Below, piece by piece: positions 31,090 through 40,489 of a DNA stretch of 64,000 bases. The stretch is from Promethearchaeota archaeon (lineage in GTDB: Archaea; Asgardarchaeota; Lokiarchaeia; Sigyniarchaeales; SOKP01). The notes under the pieces are model-generated. The model saw only the letters and a program-made list of their open reading frames with translations, did no database searches and had not been told where the DNA came from. The DNA is taken from contig JAEOTZ010000017.1 in assembly GCA_016839585.1 (NCBI GenBank), forward strand, positions 1 through 64,000. The letters are read 5' to 3'. A program made the translations under genes and the position numbers. Numbering within the stretch: the first letter of the stretch is position 1; each line of letters starts with the position of its first letter.

Positions 31090-31887
31090 TTAATTTTCTT
31101 TTTCTAATTGTTTTTTTAAGAACTCTATGTTTTCATTAAGAGTTTGGGTTATAGGCTCATCACTTAAATCAAGATTATTTAAAATTTGGAGCGCATCTTC
31201 GAATAATTTTAAAGCCTCAGGATATTGAGTTCGTCTATAATAAACTCCAGGGATATTGAAAAATTTGTATGATATTAATTGAAGTGCTGTAATTAGAATC
31301 CATGAGTACATTAAAATTGTCAATATCCATTCTATAAAGGGTGTAAAGGGGGTATTTATAAGGAACATAATTATAAGAATTATCAATACAACACCGTTGC
31401 TAAAGCCAAAATATGCATGATACTTTTTAAATGTTGGACCTTTATACATTTTCGATTTAGGTCCGTTATACATAAGTATACTGTAAAGTACGATATATAT
31501 TGATGATCCTGCAAAACTAACAACAGCAACAAAACCATGAAATAATTGAAATATGTCCCAATAAGTTTCATCTGGAATTATTCCTACTAACGCGATGCAC
31601 ACGCATGTAAATATTGATACTCCTGTTGCTAGCCTTCTAATACTTTCCTTTATATTAATTAATTCTCGCTCGAGAAAGATAAAAAAAGGAATACTTAATG
31701 ATCCTCCTACAACAAAACTAATACTAAATAATGTTTTTGCTTCTTCTTTTCCTAATGAACTTACAGCATTTATTAATGGGTTATATCCCGGAGAAAGAAA
31801 TGCCGCTGCAATTAATAAAATAAATGAGACTAATGTGCCAAAAAATCCAAATAATACTTCCATTCTATCTTCTGTTCTTTTAACCAT
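31090..31887 (-). CDS. DUF998 / Frag1-DRAM-Sfk1-like 6TM protein with C-terminal TPR-like helix pair
   Basis: GYNP...AVSSLG, FHGFVA..SF, TM6 EW, C-terminal GVYY....YPEALKLFEDAL. Confidence 0.65.
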   Translation of the reverse strand: MVKRTEDRMEVLFGFFGTLVSFILLIAAAFLSPGYNPLINAVSSLGKEEAKTLFSISFVVGGSLSIPFFIFLERELINIKESIRRLATGVSIFTCVCIALVGIIPDETYWDIFQLFHGFVAVVSFAGSSIYIVLYSILMYNGPKSKMYKGPTFKKYHAYFGFSNGVVLIILIIMFLINTPFTPFIEWILTILMYSWILITALQLISYKFFNIPGVYYRRTQYPEALKLFEDALQILNNLDLSDEPITQTLNENIEFLKKQLEKEN

Positions 31888-32048
31888 TCTTATTCCCTTT
31901 TCGTTTAAAACTTAATATTCCTTTTTTCATTATTACAATATCATTATGTAAAGTTTTATTAAATTTTTATTCATATATCAAATCAAAAAAAGTTCGATGT
32001 TTATAATTGATCGAAAATTCTATAATGAGAATTTAAGAGGATGATTAT

Positions 32049-32618
32049 ATGCATAGTAGCTCAGAAAAATATATATTTAAGATTGTTGTTGTTGGAGATG
32101 GGCAAGTAGGCAAAACATCTTTAATACAAAAATTTACAGAAGGTAATTTTCAAGAGGAATACATAAAAACTATTGGAGCACAGTTTTCAATATATGAAAT
32201 GGAAATAGATGGAGACTTTTGTGAGCTTTTTTTCTGGGATATTGCGGGTCAAGATGAGTTTCATTTCTTACGACCCTCCTTCTATAGAGATAGCAAAGCA
32301 GCTATTATTGTATATTCGCTTGAAGAAAATGATCTTGGTAAAAATAGTCTCAAGCATATACCAAATTGGCATGATGATATTCTTCAATTTTGCGGTGATA
32401 TTCCAGTTGTTGTATTCGCAAATAAAGTTGATTTAGTTGATAAAGAGAATTTGGTAGATACAAAGATTTTAAAAATTATGAAAAAAAGAAATTTTCTTGA
32501 ATATTATAGAACATCAGCAAAAACAGGAGAGGGAGTATTTCCGGCCTTTCAAACAATAATCAGAGAATTATATAATAAATATAAGGCATTATTCTTAGAA
32601 TTGCAAGGTAAAAGCTGA
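32049..32618 (+). CDS. Rab-like small GTPase
   Basis: GDGQVGKTS, TIG, WDIAGQ, NKVD, TSAK; no C-terminal prenylation Cys. Confidence 0.93.
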   Translation: MHSSSEKYIFKIVVVGDGQVGKTSLIQKFTEGNFQEEYIKTIGAQFSIYEMEIDGDFCELFFWDIAGQDEFHFLRPSFYRDSKAAIIVYSLEENDLGKNSLKHIPNWHDDILQFCGDIPVVVFANKVDLVDKENLVDTKILKIMKKRNFLEYYRTSAKTGEGVFPAFQTIIRELYNKYKALFLELQGKS

Positions 32619-32645
32619 TTTATTATTTTTTCCTTTTAAATCCTC

Positions 32646-32675
32646 TCATAATCATCTTAATTAATCTTATTATCT
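32646..32675 (+). promoter_or_regulatory. Conserved 30-bp upstream element, copy 1
   Basis: TCATAATCATCTTAATTAATCTTATTATCT; 29/30 identical to 36871-36900 and at the same distance from the ATG. Confidence 0.75.
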
Positions 32676-32719
32676 AATATTAAATTAAGTAAAAATATAG
32701 ATAAAAATAGAGATCTGCT

Positions 32720-35335
32720 ATGATATTAAAAATTTTCATTCTTGCGAGAGGAGGAATTCTCTGTTATTCTAAGAATTTTTTTGAGCAGATTGATATAGAT
32801 GAAACCGTTATTAGTGGATTTCTTAAAGCTATTAGTGATTTTGCTAAAGAAATTAAAGGGGGTGAAGTAAAAACCCTTAATTTTAGAAATTTTAAGTTTA
32901 TATATTCTTACTCATTTGAATTTGATTGTATCTTTGTTGTAGTAATTGATAAAGACGATTTTGTACAAGAAACAAGAATTAAACTTGAACTGATGAAAAA
33001 TGAGTTCATAATAAAATATAAACCATTTTTAGAGAATTGGACAGGAAATGTTAGTGTTTTTGAAGATTTTGATGATTTTGTGGATGAGAATGTATTTATT
33101 CCACCTAAGATCTTATTAACTGGAGAAGATGGTGTAGGAAAAACAACAATTATGGATTTAATTCCTGGTGACACTATTTTGGAAATTGATGATAATTTAA
33201 ATGAGGTTATTCAAAAACCTATTAATTTAGATGATTTAAAGGGAATACATCAATGTATTATACAAGAAATTAATATGGAAGAACTGACCTATAATCCGCA
33301 ACTATACAAAAACTTATTAAAATCTGTTGATGTTGTACTTATTGTTACAAATTCAGCCGCAAGTAATTTGGGTCGAACAAAGACTTTAGTCTCAGAATTA
33401 AAACCTGAAGTAAAGAAAGCAGACTTTTATCTTTTAGCAAACTTTCAAGATTTGAAAGATGTTGCATTCGAGCCTGAAAAAATAGAAGAAACGCTTGGAA
33501 TCAAAACTTTTGGCTTTACAGCAATTAAGGAGGAATCTAAAACTAAAATAATTTTCATTATTAAAGAAATACTAAAAATTTCTATTTTAGACAAAATAGA
33601 AAAAAAACATATCTCCACAATAGAAGAAGAACCTATTTTTTATAGTGAAGAAAAAGTTGAATATGAGAAGGTTGATTATGTTGATATTTGGGATCAAATA
33701 GAAAAAGCAAGAATTTTAGAAAGAAAAGGTGAGCATCTTGCAGCTGCAGAAAAATTCTCTTGTGCTGCTACTCAATTTAAAGATATGTGCTCAAGAGTAG
33801 AATTCGAACAAGATATAGAAGAACTTACTGCCATTTCTTTTCTTTGTAGCGCATGGGAAGCTATGGAATTTGCTGAAGAATATGAAGATCCCGAAAGATT
33901 TTCAGATGCAGCAGAGTTATTTAATGAAGCAAGTAAACATTTCACAAATAGTAAATTAAAGTTGTTAGCTTTAGGAAATTCTGCTTTTTGTCAAGCATTA
34001 GGTTTAGGTTGTGAATTTGATAAGGCAAAAAACACATCTACTAAGGCAGAAATTTATCCAAAAATTAAAATGATGTTAAGAAATGCTGCAAATTTATATC
34101 AAAAGGGTGAATTTAAAAGCGAGGCAAATTGGGCTCTTGCAACTTCTACTTATTTTGATGCTACTTGGTATATAATCAGAGCAGATGAAGAATTAAATCT
34201 GGATGAAAAGAAAAAACTTTTAGAAATTGGATCTGGCGTATTAAAATCTGCAGCTGAACTATTTGGTAAAGCAGGTTATAAAGACAGAGAAAAAGAAGTT
34301 TTAGATCGCTTGGATTTAATAGCGAAAGAAGAGAAAATAATAATTTCGGCATTAAGTACAATTAGCGAACCTTCTCTATCTAAAAATACTTTAGATTTAT
34401 TGGTACCATCGATTCCACACCCAACTCCGAAAAAAGAACTGCAAAAAAGGGGTAAAGAAAGAAAATATAAATTAATTTATAGAGATTTACTTAAAGAGTA
34501 CCCAAAAATTCAGAGAAGAGAATGTAGAGTGGGTATTGCTCAGATAGGGGTATCTAGTACCGGAGATTATTTAAAAGAATTCTATAAAGAAAAATCACCT
34601 GGTTTGTTAGGACTCCGTAAGGATAAAATTGATGTGATTAGATCTAAGGTTAAGAAGATAATAGAAAAAGCACATGCCAGCAATGTAAATGTCCTTATCT
34701 TTCCAGAAATGTCCATTGATCTCAATTATGATAAATTTCTTGAGGATATCTCTAATTTTGCTAAATCATATGGAATGTATATTATCCCGGGATCATATCA
34801 CAATAAAGAAACTAGGCAAAATATCAGTATGGTTTTTAGCCCAGATGGAATACTTTGGGAGCAAGAAAAACATATTCCCGCAATTATCCATTTTAAAGGA
34901 AAAAGGTTTAAAGAAGGTATCAACACAGAAACTTTACCAAGGCAAACTATAATATCTAATACCGAATTTGGTAGAATGGCAATAGCTATATGTAGAGATT
35001 TTCTTGATATGGATCTCAGAGTTGAACTTAAAAATTTTGAACCACCAATAGACATAATGTTCAATCCAGCCTTTACTCCCGTTACAGCTGATTTTAAAGC
35101 AGCCCATTTTGATGCCCGGAGGTCAATATATGCTTATTGTTTCTTTGTAAATATCGCTGAATTTGGAGAATCTCTCATTTACACACCAGAAAAAGAACGT
35201 ATCGAAAGAACAATACCATCTAAAGAAGAGGACATAATTTTTAAAGATGTAGATCTCTTTAAATTGCGTTCAGAACGTAAGAAATGGGAAAAAGAACGAA
35301 AAAGTGATAAGAGATTCATACAAAGCACAAGATAA
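32720..35335 (+). CDS. Longin + degenerate small GTPase + TPR/SNAP-like helical region + nitrilase (CN-hydrolase) fusion
   Basis: Longin (IFILARGGILCYS...ISGFL.AI..FA); GEDGVGKTT and ANFQD; Ala-rich helical repeats; nitrilase triad IFPE / QEKH / ICRD. Confidence 0.8.
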   Translation: MILKIFILARGGILCYSKNFFEQIDIDETVISGFLKAISDFAKEIKGGEVKTLNFRNFKFIYSYSFEFDCIFVVVIDKDDFVQETRIKLELMKNEFIIKYKPFLENWTGNVSVFEDFDDFVDENVFIPPKILLTGEDGVGKTTIMDLIPGDTILEIDDNLNEVIQKPINLDDLKGIHQCIIQEINMEELTYNPQLYKNLLKSVDVVLIVTNSAASNLGRTKTLVSELKPEVKKADFYLLANFQDLKDVAFEPEKIEETLGIKTFGFTAIKEESKTKIIFIIKEILKISILDKIEKKHISTIEEEPIFYSEEKVEYEKVDYVDIWDQIEKARILERKGEHLAAAEKFSCAATQFKDMCSRVEFEQDIEELTAISFLCSAWEAMEFAEEYEDPERFSDAAELFNEASKHFTNSKLKLLALGNSAFCQALGLGCEFDKAKNTSTKAEIYPKIKMMLRNAANLYQKGEFKSEANWALATSTYFDATWYIIRADEELNLDEKKKLLEIGSGVLKSAAELFGKAGYKDREKEVLDRLDLIAKEEKIIISALSTISEPSLSKNTLDLLVPSIPHPTPKKELQKRGKERKYKLIYRDLLKEYPKIQRRECRVGIAQIGVSSTGDYLKEFYKEKSPGLLGLRKDKIDVIRSKVKKIIEKAHASNVNVLIFPEMSIDLNYDKFLEDISNFAKSYGMYIIPGSYHNKETRQNISMVFSPDGILWEQEKHIPAIIHFKGKRFKEGINTETLPRQTIISNTEFGRMAIAICRDFLDMDLRVELKNFEPPIDIMFNPAFTPVTADFKAAHFDARRSIYAYCFFVNIAEFGESLIYTPEKERIERTIPSKEEDIIFKDVDLFKLRSERKKWEKERKSDKRFIQSTR

Positions 35336-35402
35336 ATAATAAACTATATAAGTTTAAGAAGATCTCATTAGTTCTTTACATTAAATATAAAAAAGAAAAA
35401 TA

Positions 35403-36470
35403 TTAATTTTTGGGTTTTTTTATTTTATCCTTTACTTCAGCTTCAGTTCCCTCAATTTTAAAAGGTTTTGAGGGTCTTGATTTGTCAATCGGGGCATTAC
35501 AAGCCCAACAAGCATTTTCCAAATTGGATAATGCACGTGCACAGTTTTCACAATATAAAGCATCACAACTAGTGCAGATATACGTATTGAAACCCCCTAC
35601 CTTACTTTTGCAAACTAAACATATTTTCTGTTCCCGATAATAAGTAACTTCTTCTTCAGTTATTTGTTTAGGTCTTTTAGCAATCCTAAATATTGAATCT
35701 TCAATTTTTACTTCTTTTTCAGCAGAGATCTTTTCAATTTTAATAGGTTCTTCTTTCAATCCCAAATAATACAGCCAAAATGTAAAAACCATGCCAATTC
35801 TTACTAAAAAAAGTCCAACGCCAATAATTCCTAAACCCTCAATCAAACTAAATATAGAATTTAAAATGAAGCCAATTGCTAAATAAAAATACTTTTTTCT
35901 TAGTACATCTGTTGATTTAATACTTTTAATCAAATACCCAATTCCAAGAAAAACGAAGGAAATAGCGACGTATGAAAAGCCAATTAGGTAAAAAAGGCTA
36001 TTAGCGAGCAAATCTTCATCAACAAGATCTTCACCTGGCACATCGGGAACGTAAATCGATATAGATCCTAGTGGATCTAAAAAAAGAAGTAATTCCCATA
36101 CAATTGATATGAATACAATAAATCCAACCATATACCATTTTCTTTTAGGAATTAGCAGTTCGCCACCAACATAAATGATAAATATTATTGAAAAAGGTAC
36201 CCAAATGTAACTCATAATAGCTTGTAATTCATATGGTATATTTATTCCATTTACAATATCAAAATTTTTGCCTGTTATTAAAAGAGATAAAGATTCCCAG
36301 AAATTACCCCAATACCAAAGACCATTAAAAAAAATAGCCAAACCCATAAAAAAGAGGAGTTTAACATTAGTTTTTCTACCCTGATATATAAAATATAATC
36401 CAAAAGAGCAGCCAATTATAAGAATGCCCATTATTGAGATAACATTAAGCCAACCTACATCAGAAAGCAT
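35403..36470 (-). CDS. 7TM membrane protein with C-terminal C4C4 RING-like Zn finger (paralog 1)
   Basis: Seven hydrophobic helices, then CLVC-x11-CTSC-x4-CENC-x10-CWAC. Confidence 0.8.
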   Translation of the reverse strand: MLSDVGWLNVISIMGILIIGCSFGLYFIYQGRKTNVKLLFFMGLAIFFNGLWYWGNFWESLSLLITGKNFDIVNGINIPYELQAIMSYIWVPFSIIFIIYVGGELLIPKRKWYMVGFIVFISIVWELLLFLDPLGSISIYVPDVPGEDLVDEDLLANSLFYLIGFSYVAISFVFLGIGYLIKSIKSTDVLRKKYFYLAIGFILNSIFSLIEGLGIIGVGLFLVRIGMVFTFWLYYLGLKEEPIKIEKISAEKEVKIEDSIFRIAKRPKQITEEEVTYYREQKICLVCKSKVGGFNTYICTSCDALYCENCARALSNLENACWACNAPIDKSRPSKPFKIEGTEAEVKDKIKKPKN

Positions 36471-36647
36471 TTTTGGATCCGCCTTTTTAAATATATTTTT
36501 TTTGTAATTTTTATTGTAATTATCTCTTTTTTACAATATAAAAAGCTTACTACATTAATGTTCAATCTCATTAATCTTATTAATTAAATTATTAAAAATC
36601 CATAAAAATAGTTCAATTTTATTTTGTGTTTACTGCTAAGAATATTA

Positions 36648-36809
36648 TTAAGTAATATTATTCTCTTTTGTATTTGATTCATTTGTATCTTTTTTCTTAG
36701 TAAATTTGTAAAAAATAATTTTATCATTGGGAGGTTTTCGTTCAATTATTCCTTTCTTTTTTGTTTTTACTATTTTTGGATATGAATCTCTATTCTGTTT
36801 CTCATGCAT
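36648..36809 (-). CDS. Small Lys-rich hypothetical protein, 53 aa (not in track)
   Basis: Hand-translated MHEKQNRDSYPKIVKTKKKGIIERKPPNDKIIFYKFTKKKDTNESNTKENNIT*. Confidence 0.4.
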   Translation of the reverse strand: MHEKQNRDSYPKIVKTKKKGIIERKPPNDKIIFYKFTKKKDTNESNTKENNIT

Positions 36810-36870
36810 GAGAGCTCTCTTGATATTTTTCTATAGTTTTAAACTTATCAATTATATTTATATATATTTT

Positions 36871-36900
36871 TCATAATCATTTTAATTAATCTTATTATCT
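36871..36900 (+). promoter_or_regulatory. Conserved 30-bp upstream element, copy 2
   Basis: TCATAATCATTTTAATTAATCTTATTATCT upstream of ATG 36945. Confidence 0.75.
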
Positions 36901-36944
36901 TAAATAAAATTAAAAATCAAGTCAAAAAATAATTAGAATCTAAG

Positions 36945-37850
36945 ATGATATCTAGGATATATGTCATAGCAAAAGGAGGGATACTCTGTTATTCAAAAAA
37001 TTATATATGCCCTAGTGAAGTAGAAGATGATTTAATAAGTGGTTTTCTTACAGCAATTAGTGGTTTTGCAAAAGCAGTTAAAGTTGGTGAAATAAAATCA
37101 CTTAACTTTAAAAATTTTAATTTTTTCTATTCCTATTCATCTGAATTCGATTGTATGTTTATTATTGTTACAGATATAGAAGATCTGGAAGATGAGGTAA
37201 GAGAAAAAGTAGAGTTGATGAAAGTTGAATTTATTAATAGATATCATGAATATTTAGAGAATTGGACAGGTAAAACTCAAGTGTTTGAAAGTTTTGATGA
37301 GTTTATTGAAGCACATATATATATTCCCCCAAAAGTTTTATTTGTTGGTGAAACTGGTGTAGGAAAAACAACTATTATGGATTTATTTCCTGAAGAAACT
37401 ATTTTAAATATAGATGATGATATGAATGAAATCATTGAAAAACCAGTTGATATAACAAATTTAGGAAATATAAAGCAATTTATATTAAGGGAGATTGATT
37501 TAGAAGATTTAATAAGTAATTCAAAGCAGTATAAAACTTTATTAAACATTTGCGATATTATATGTATTATAACTAATTCAGCAGCCAGTAATTTAAGAAG
37601 AACAAAAAAATTATTTTTAAAACTTAAGAAAAAAGTCCGGAAAGCAGATTTCTATATAATTGCAAATTTTCAGGATTTAAAAGAAACATCTTTTGAAGCT
37701 AAGGAAATTGAAGAAACTTTTGGTGTAAAAACATATGGATTTTCTGCAATCCAAGAAGATTCGGCTAAAAATATTTTTATCATAATGAATGAAATTCTAA
37801 AAAATTCCATTTATAATAAAATTCAAATGAAGCAAAAGCAAGTTTCTTAA
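36945..37850 (+). CDS. Longin + degenerate small GTPase; paralog of the N-terminus of 32720..35335
   Basis: Longin N-terminus, GETGVGKTT, no DxxG, ANFQD, FSA. Confidence 0.85.
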   Translation: MISRIYVIAKGGILCYSKNYICPSEVEDDLISGFLTAISGFAKAVKVGEIKSLNFKNFNFFYSYSSEFDCMFIIVTDIEDLEDEVREKVELMKVEFINRYHEYLENWTGKTQVFESFDEFIEAHIYIPPKVLFVGETGVGKTTIMDLFPEETILNIDDDMNEIIEKPVDITNLGNIKQFILREIDLEDLISNSKQYKTLLNICDIICIITNSAASNLRRTKKLFLKLKKKVRKADFYIIANFQDLKETSFEAKEIEETFGVKTYGFSAIQEDSAKNIFIIMNEILKNSIYNKIQMKQKQVS

Positions 37851-37893
37851 ATAGAAAATTCAAACTAATTACAATCAAATCAATTTCTTAATT

Positions 37894-38406
37894 ATGACAA
37901 TTGACGAGAATTACGTATTTCCATTATATATTACTAAAGAAGTAATAGAAGGGATTAAAAAGATATGTAAAGAAAACGTTAATGAAGTTTTTGGTTATTT
38001 AGTTGGAGAACGCTACATTTGGGATAAACAGAAATACATTTTATTAAATCATTATCTTTACATAAAGGAGGCTTTCATAGCAAATGAATTTTATTTTCAA
38101 GAATCAGGAGAAAAAGGGATAGTCAACAATATTCAATTTGAATTTTTTAAATATTCGGAGGAATTTGATAAATTAAAATTAGATCCAAATAATGAAAACT
38201 TACTAAGGTTAGGGTGGTGGCATTCCCATCCAAATTTTGGATGCTTTTTAAGTAGTGTTGATTTAGCTACTCAACGCTCAATTTTTAATAAATCATATCA
38301 CGTAGCTTTAGTTGTTGATCCAATTAGAGATGAATATAAATTTTTTACTTTAAATGATCAATTCGAAGATGGATATAAAGAAATTAGTTATGCCATTATC
38401 AAGTAG
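37894..38406 (+). CDS. JAMM/MPN+ metalloprotease (Rpn11/CSN5-like deubiquitinase)
   Basis: NEVFGYLVG...[21 protein letters not shown]...ALVVDP. Confidence 0.93.
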   Translation: MTIDENYVFPLYITKEVIEGIKKICKENVNEVFGYLVGERYIWDKQKYILLNHYLYIKEAFIANEFYFQESGEKGIVNNIQFEFFKYSEEFDKLKLDPNNENLLRLGWWHSHPNFGCFLSSVDLATQRSIFNKSYHVALVVDPIRDEYKFFTLNDQFEDGYKEISYAIIK

Positions 38407-38459
38407 ATATTTGATAATTTTTAATTTCGATTCAATTATTAAAATAATCTTGTAAAAAT

Positions 38460-39338
38460 ATGACAGACAACAGTGATAATGAATATAAAATCTTAGGAGA
38501 GGAGGATATAAATGAGGATAAGTATGATCGACAGAAACGAATTGCTGGATGGGACCAAAATAAGATCTCAAATGCTACGGTAATGATAATAGGGGTTGGT
38601 GCAACCGGTAACGAAGTCGCTAAAAATTTAAGCTTGAGCGGAATTGGAAAGTTAATTATTATTGATTATGATATTATTGAAAAATCCAATCTTAATCGAT
38701 GTATTTTGTTTAATATGGAAAATAAAGTAGAAAATAAATATAAAGTAGATATCATTAAAGCAGCGTGTGAAAAACTCAATCCTGAAGTTAAAATTTTAAC
38801 AATAAAGAAAGCTCTTAATGAGATAGATAAAGATTTGTATAAACAAGTGGATGTGATTTGCTCTTGTCTTGATAATGTTGAAGCTAGACTTGAAGCAAAT
38901 AATTATGCATATTATTATCAGGTACCTTTTATTGATTCTGGAATTGATGAATTCTTTGGATCAGTCCAAGCTGTATATTCTGGAGTTACTGATGCTGCTT
39001 GTCTACAATGCGGGATTTCTGGTGCTGATTTAGATTTAATGTGGGTAAAGTTTTCCTGTACAGGAGAAGAAATCGAATCTTCTAATGGAGCTACTATTGG
39101 TAAAATTGCAACTATAATTACTACAACTTCTATTATAGGAGGAATTCAAACTCAACAAGTAATAAAATTTTTATTAGGAATTGATCAATTTAAAGAGCAA
39201 GGAAAGTGGAATCCTCATATTGGAGAACCCTTAATAGGTAAACAATTAAATTATAATGGATTAATAAATAAATTTGAAGTTATTGAAAAGTTAAAGAATC
39301 CAGATTGTTGGACATGTTCTTATAAGGATAATAAATGA
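38460..39338 (+). CDS. Ubiquitin-activating enzyme E1 (ThiF/UBA family)
   Basis: KYDRQ, GVGATGNE, DYDIIEKSNLNR, CLDNVEAR, Zn pairs CLQC/CWTC, putative catalytic FSCTG. Confidence 0.92.
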   Translation: MTDNSDNEYKILGEEDINEDKYDRQKRIAGWDQNKISNATVMIIGVGATGNEVAKNLSLSGIGKLIIIDYDIIEKSNLNRCILFNMENKVENKYKVDIIKAACEKLNPEVKILTIKKALNEIDKDLYKQVDVICSCLDNVEARLEANNYAYYYQVPFIDSGIDEFFGSVQAVYSGVTDAACLQCGISGADLDLMWVKFSCTGEEIESSNGATIGKIATIITTTSIIGGIQTQQVIKFLLGIDQFKEQGKWNPHIGEPLIGKQLNYNGLINKFEVIEKLKNPDCWTCSYKDNK

Positions 39339-39447
39339 AGATTAAATCCATTTCAAAATAAAAAATGATTATTATGAAAGATATAATATAAATATAAAGA
39401 AAGAAAATATCAATATGTAACTTAATGAGATTTTTAATTTTAAAAAG

Positions 39448-40005
39448 ATGCCAGAACTTCCTTTAGAAATTTGGAAAAATAGGATTGAAAATGAAATTAA
39501 AAGTTTAAAAAGCTTAAACGTTATCGATATGAATTCAATAGTTCAAAGTGATAATAGTGTTAAGTTTTTAATCAATTTACAAGGCTTAGGTTTTATTATG
39601 GGTACTTTTAAGGAAGGAATTGATATTGTTCCTCAGAAAGATCATCAAATTCATTTGGAACTAAATAGAGCTTTTCCATATCCTGGAGGCATTAGATTTT
39701 CTTGGCAATCAAATATATTTCATCCCAATATTCATCCTGCTAAAGCCCCCTTGCGTTACGAATCTGGAACTGGCTATATTTGTTTAAACATTCTAAAAAA
39801 ATGGTCAAGACTTACAGATTTAGAGACTACCGTCAAAGCCTTGCAAAAATTAGTGGAGAATCCTAATCCAGATGATCCATTAAAATATGATATTTGTTTA
39901 GAAGCAGCAAATTTTTTTAAGCAAAATACTATGGAAGACCTCAAGAAAGAATTCAAAATTGAAGAAGAAGAGGAAGAAAAGGATGATATAGTCATCATAG
40001 ATTAG
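39448..40005 (+). CDS. Ubiquitin-conjugating enzyme E2
   Basis: FPYP, IFHPNI, GYICLNILKKWS, ENPNPDDPL...AA; acidic tail. Confidence 0.92.
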   Translation: MPELPLEIWKNRIENEIKSLKSLNVIDMNSIVQSDNSVKFLINLQGLGFIMGTFKEGIDIVPQKDHQIHLELNRAFPYPGGIRFSWQSNIFHPNIHPAKAPLRYESGTGYICLNILKKWSRLTDLETTVKALQKLVENPNPDDPLKYDICLEAANFFKQNTMEDLKKEFKIEEEEEEKDDIVIID

Positions 40006-40079
40006 AAAAGTTAAATATCATTCTTAATCCTAACTTATTAACTTATTCTTAATAATTGGATCTCCAATTAAAAAATAAT

Positions 40080-40346
40080 TTATTGTTTATAATAACCCCC
40101 AATTACTCTCGCCCATAAAGCTAGCTTGTCATTTTCCTTTAATCCAAATTTATGCACAGAATCCTCGATGGTTATTGTTGAAGGTAACTCCTTTCCATTT
40201 AATACTAAAGTATATGCGCGTTCCTCGGCACTAATAATGCCCATATGCTTTACAATTATGTCTATAATCCTTTCAATTGTATGATGCTCCTTAACATCAA
40301 GTTTAATAACTTTACCTGTTCGTGAATCCTCAATAGTTATTCTCAT
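40080..40346 (-). CDS. Ubiquitin-like protein precursor
   Basis: Beta-grasp pattern MRITI...TGKVIKLDV...TIE...LVLNGKEL...GLKEND.L.L..RVIGG, plus YYKQ extension. Confidence 0.9.
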   Translation of the reverse strand: MRITIEDSRTGKVIKLDVKEHHTIERIIDIIVKHMGIISAEERAYTLVLNGKELPSTITIEDSVHKFGLKENDKLALWARVIGGYYKQ

Positions 40347-40489
40347 ATAAATCTCTCTCTTTTTTTTAAATTATGTAAATATTTTAATGATTAATTTAAT
40401 TTATTTTAAAATTTGTATTATATATTTAAATATTTTATTTCTTTTCATGTAATCTTAATTTCACTTATTTATAATAACTTTTTGAACCT

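Noticed and set aside
37894-40346. Bacterial-type antiviral E1-E2-JAB system (CBASS type II, Bil) or ThiF/MoeB sulfur-carrier operon
   Set aside because: No CD-NTase, effector or thiamine/molybdopterin genes nearby. The stand-alone E2 with HPN, the Rpn11-like JAMM and the ubiquitin-like sequence fit the eukaryote-like system better. A defence role cannot be strictly excluded.
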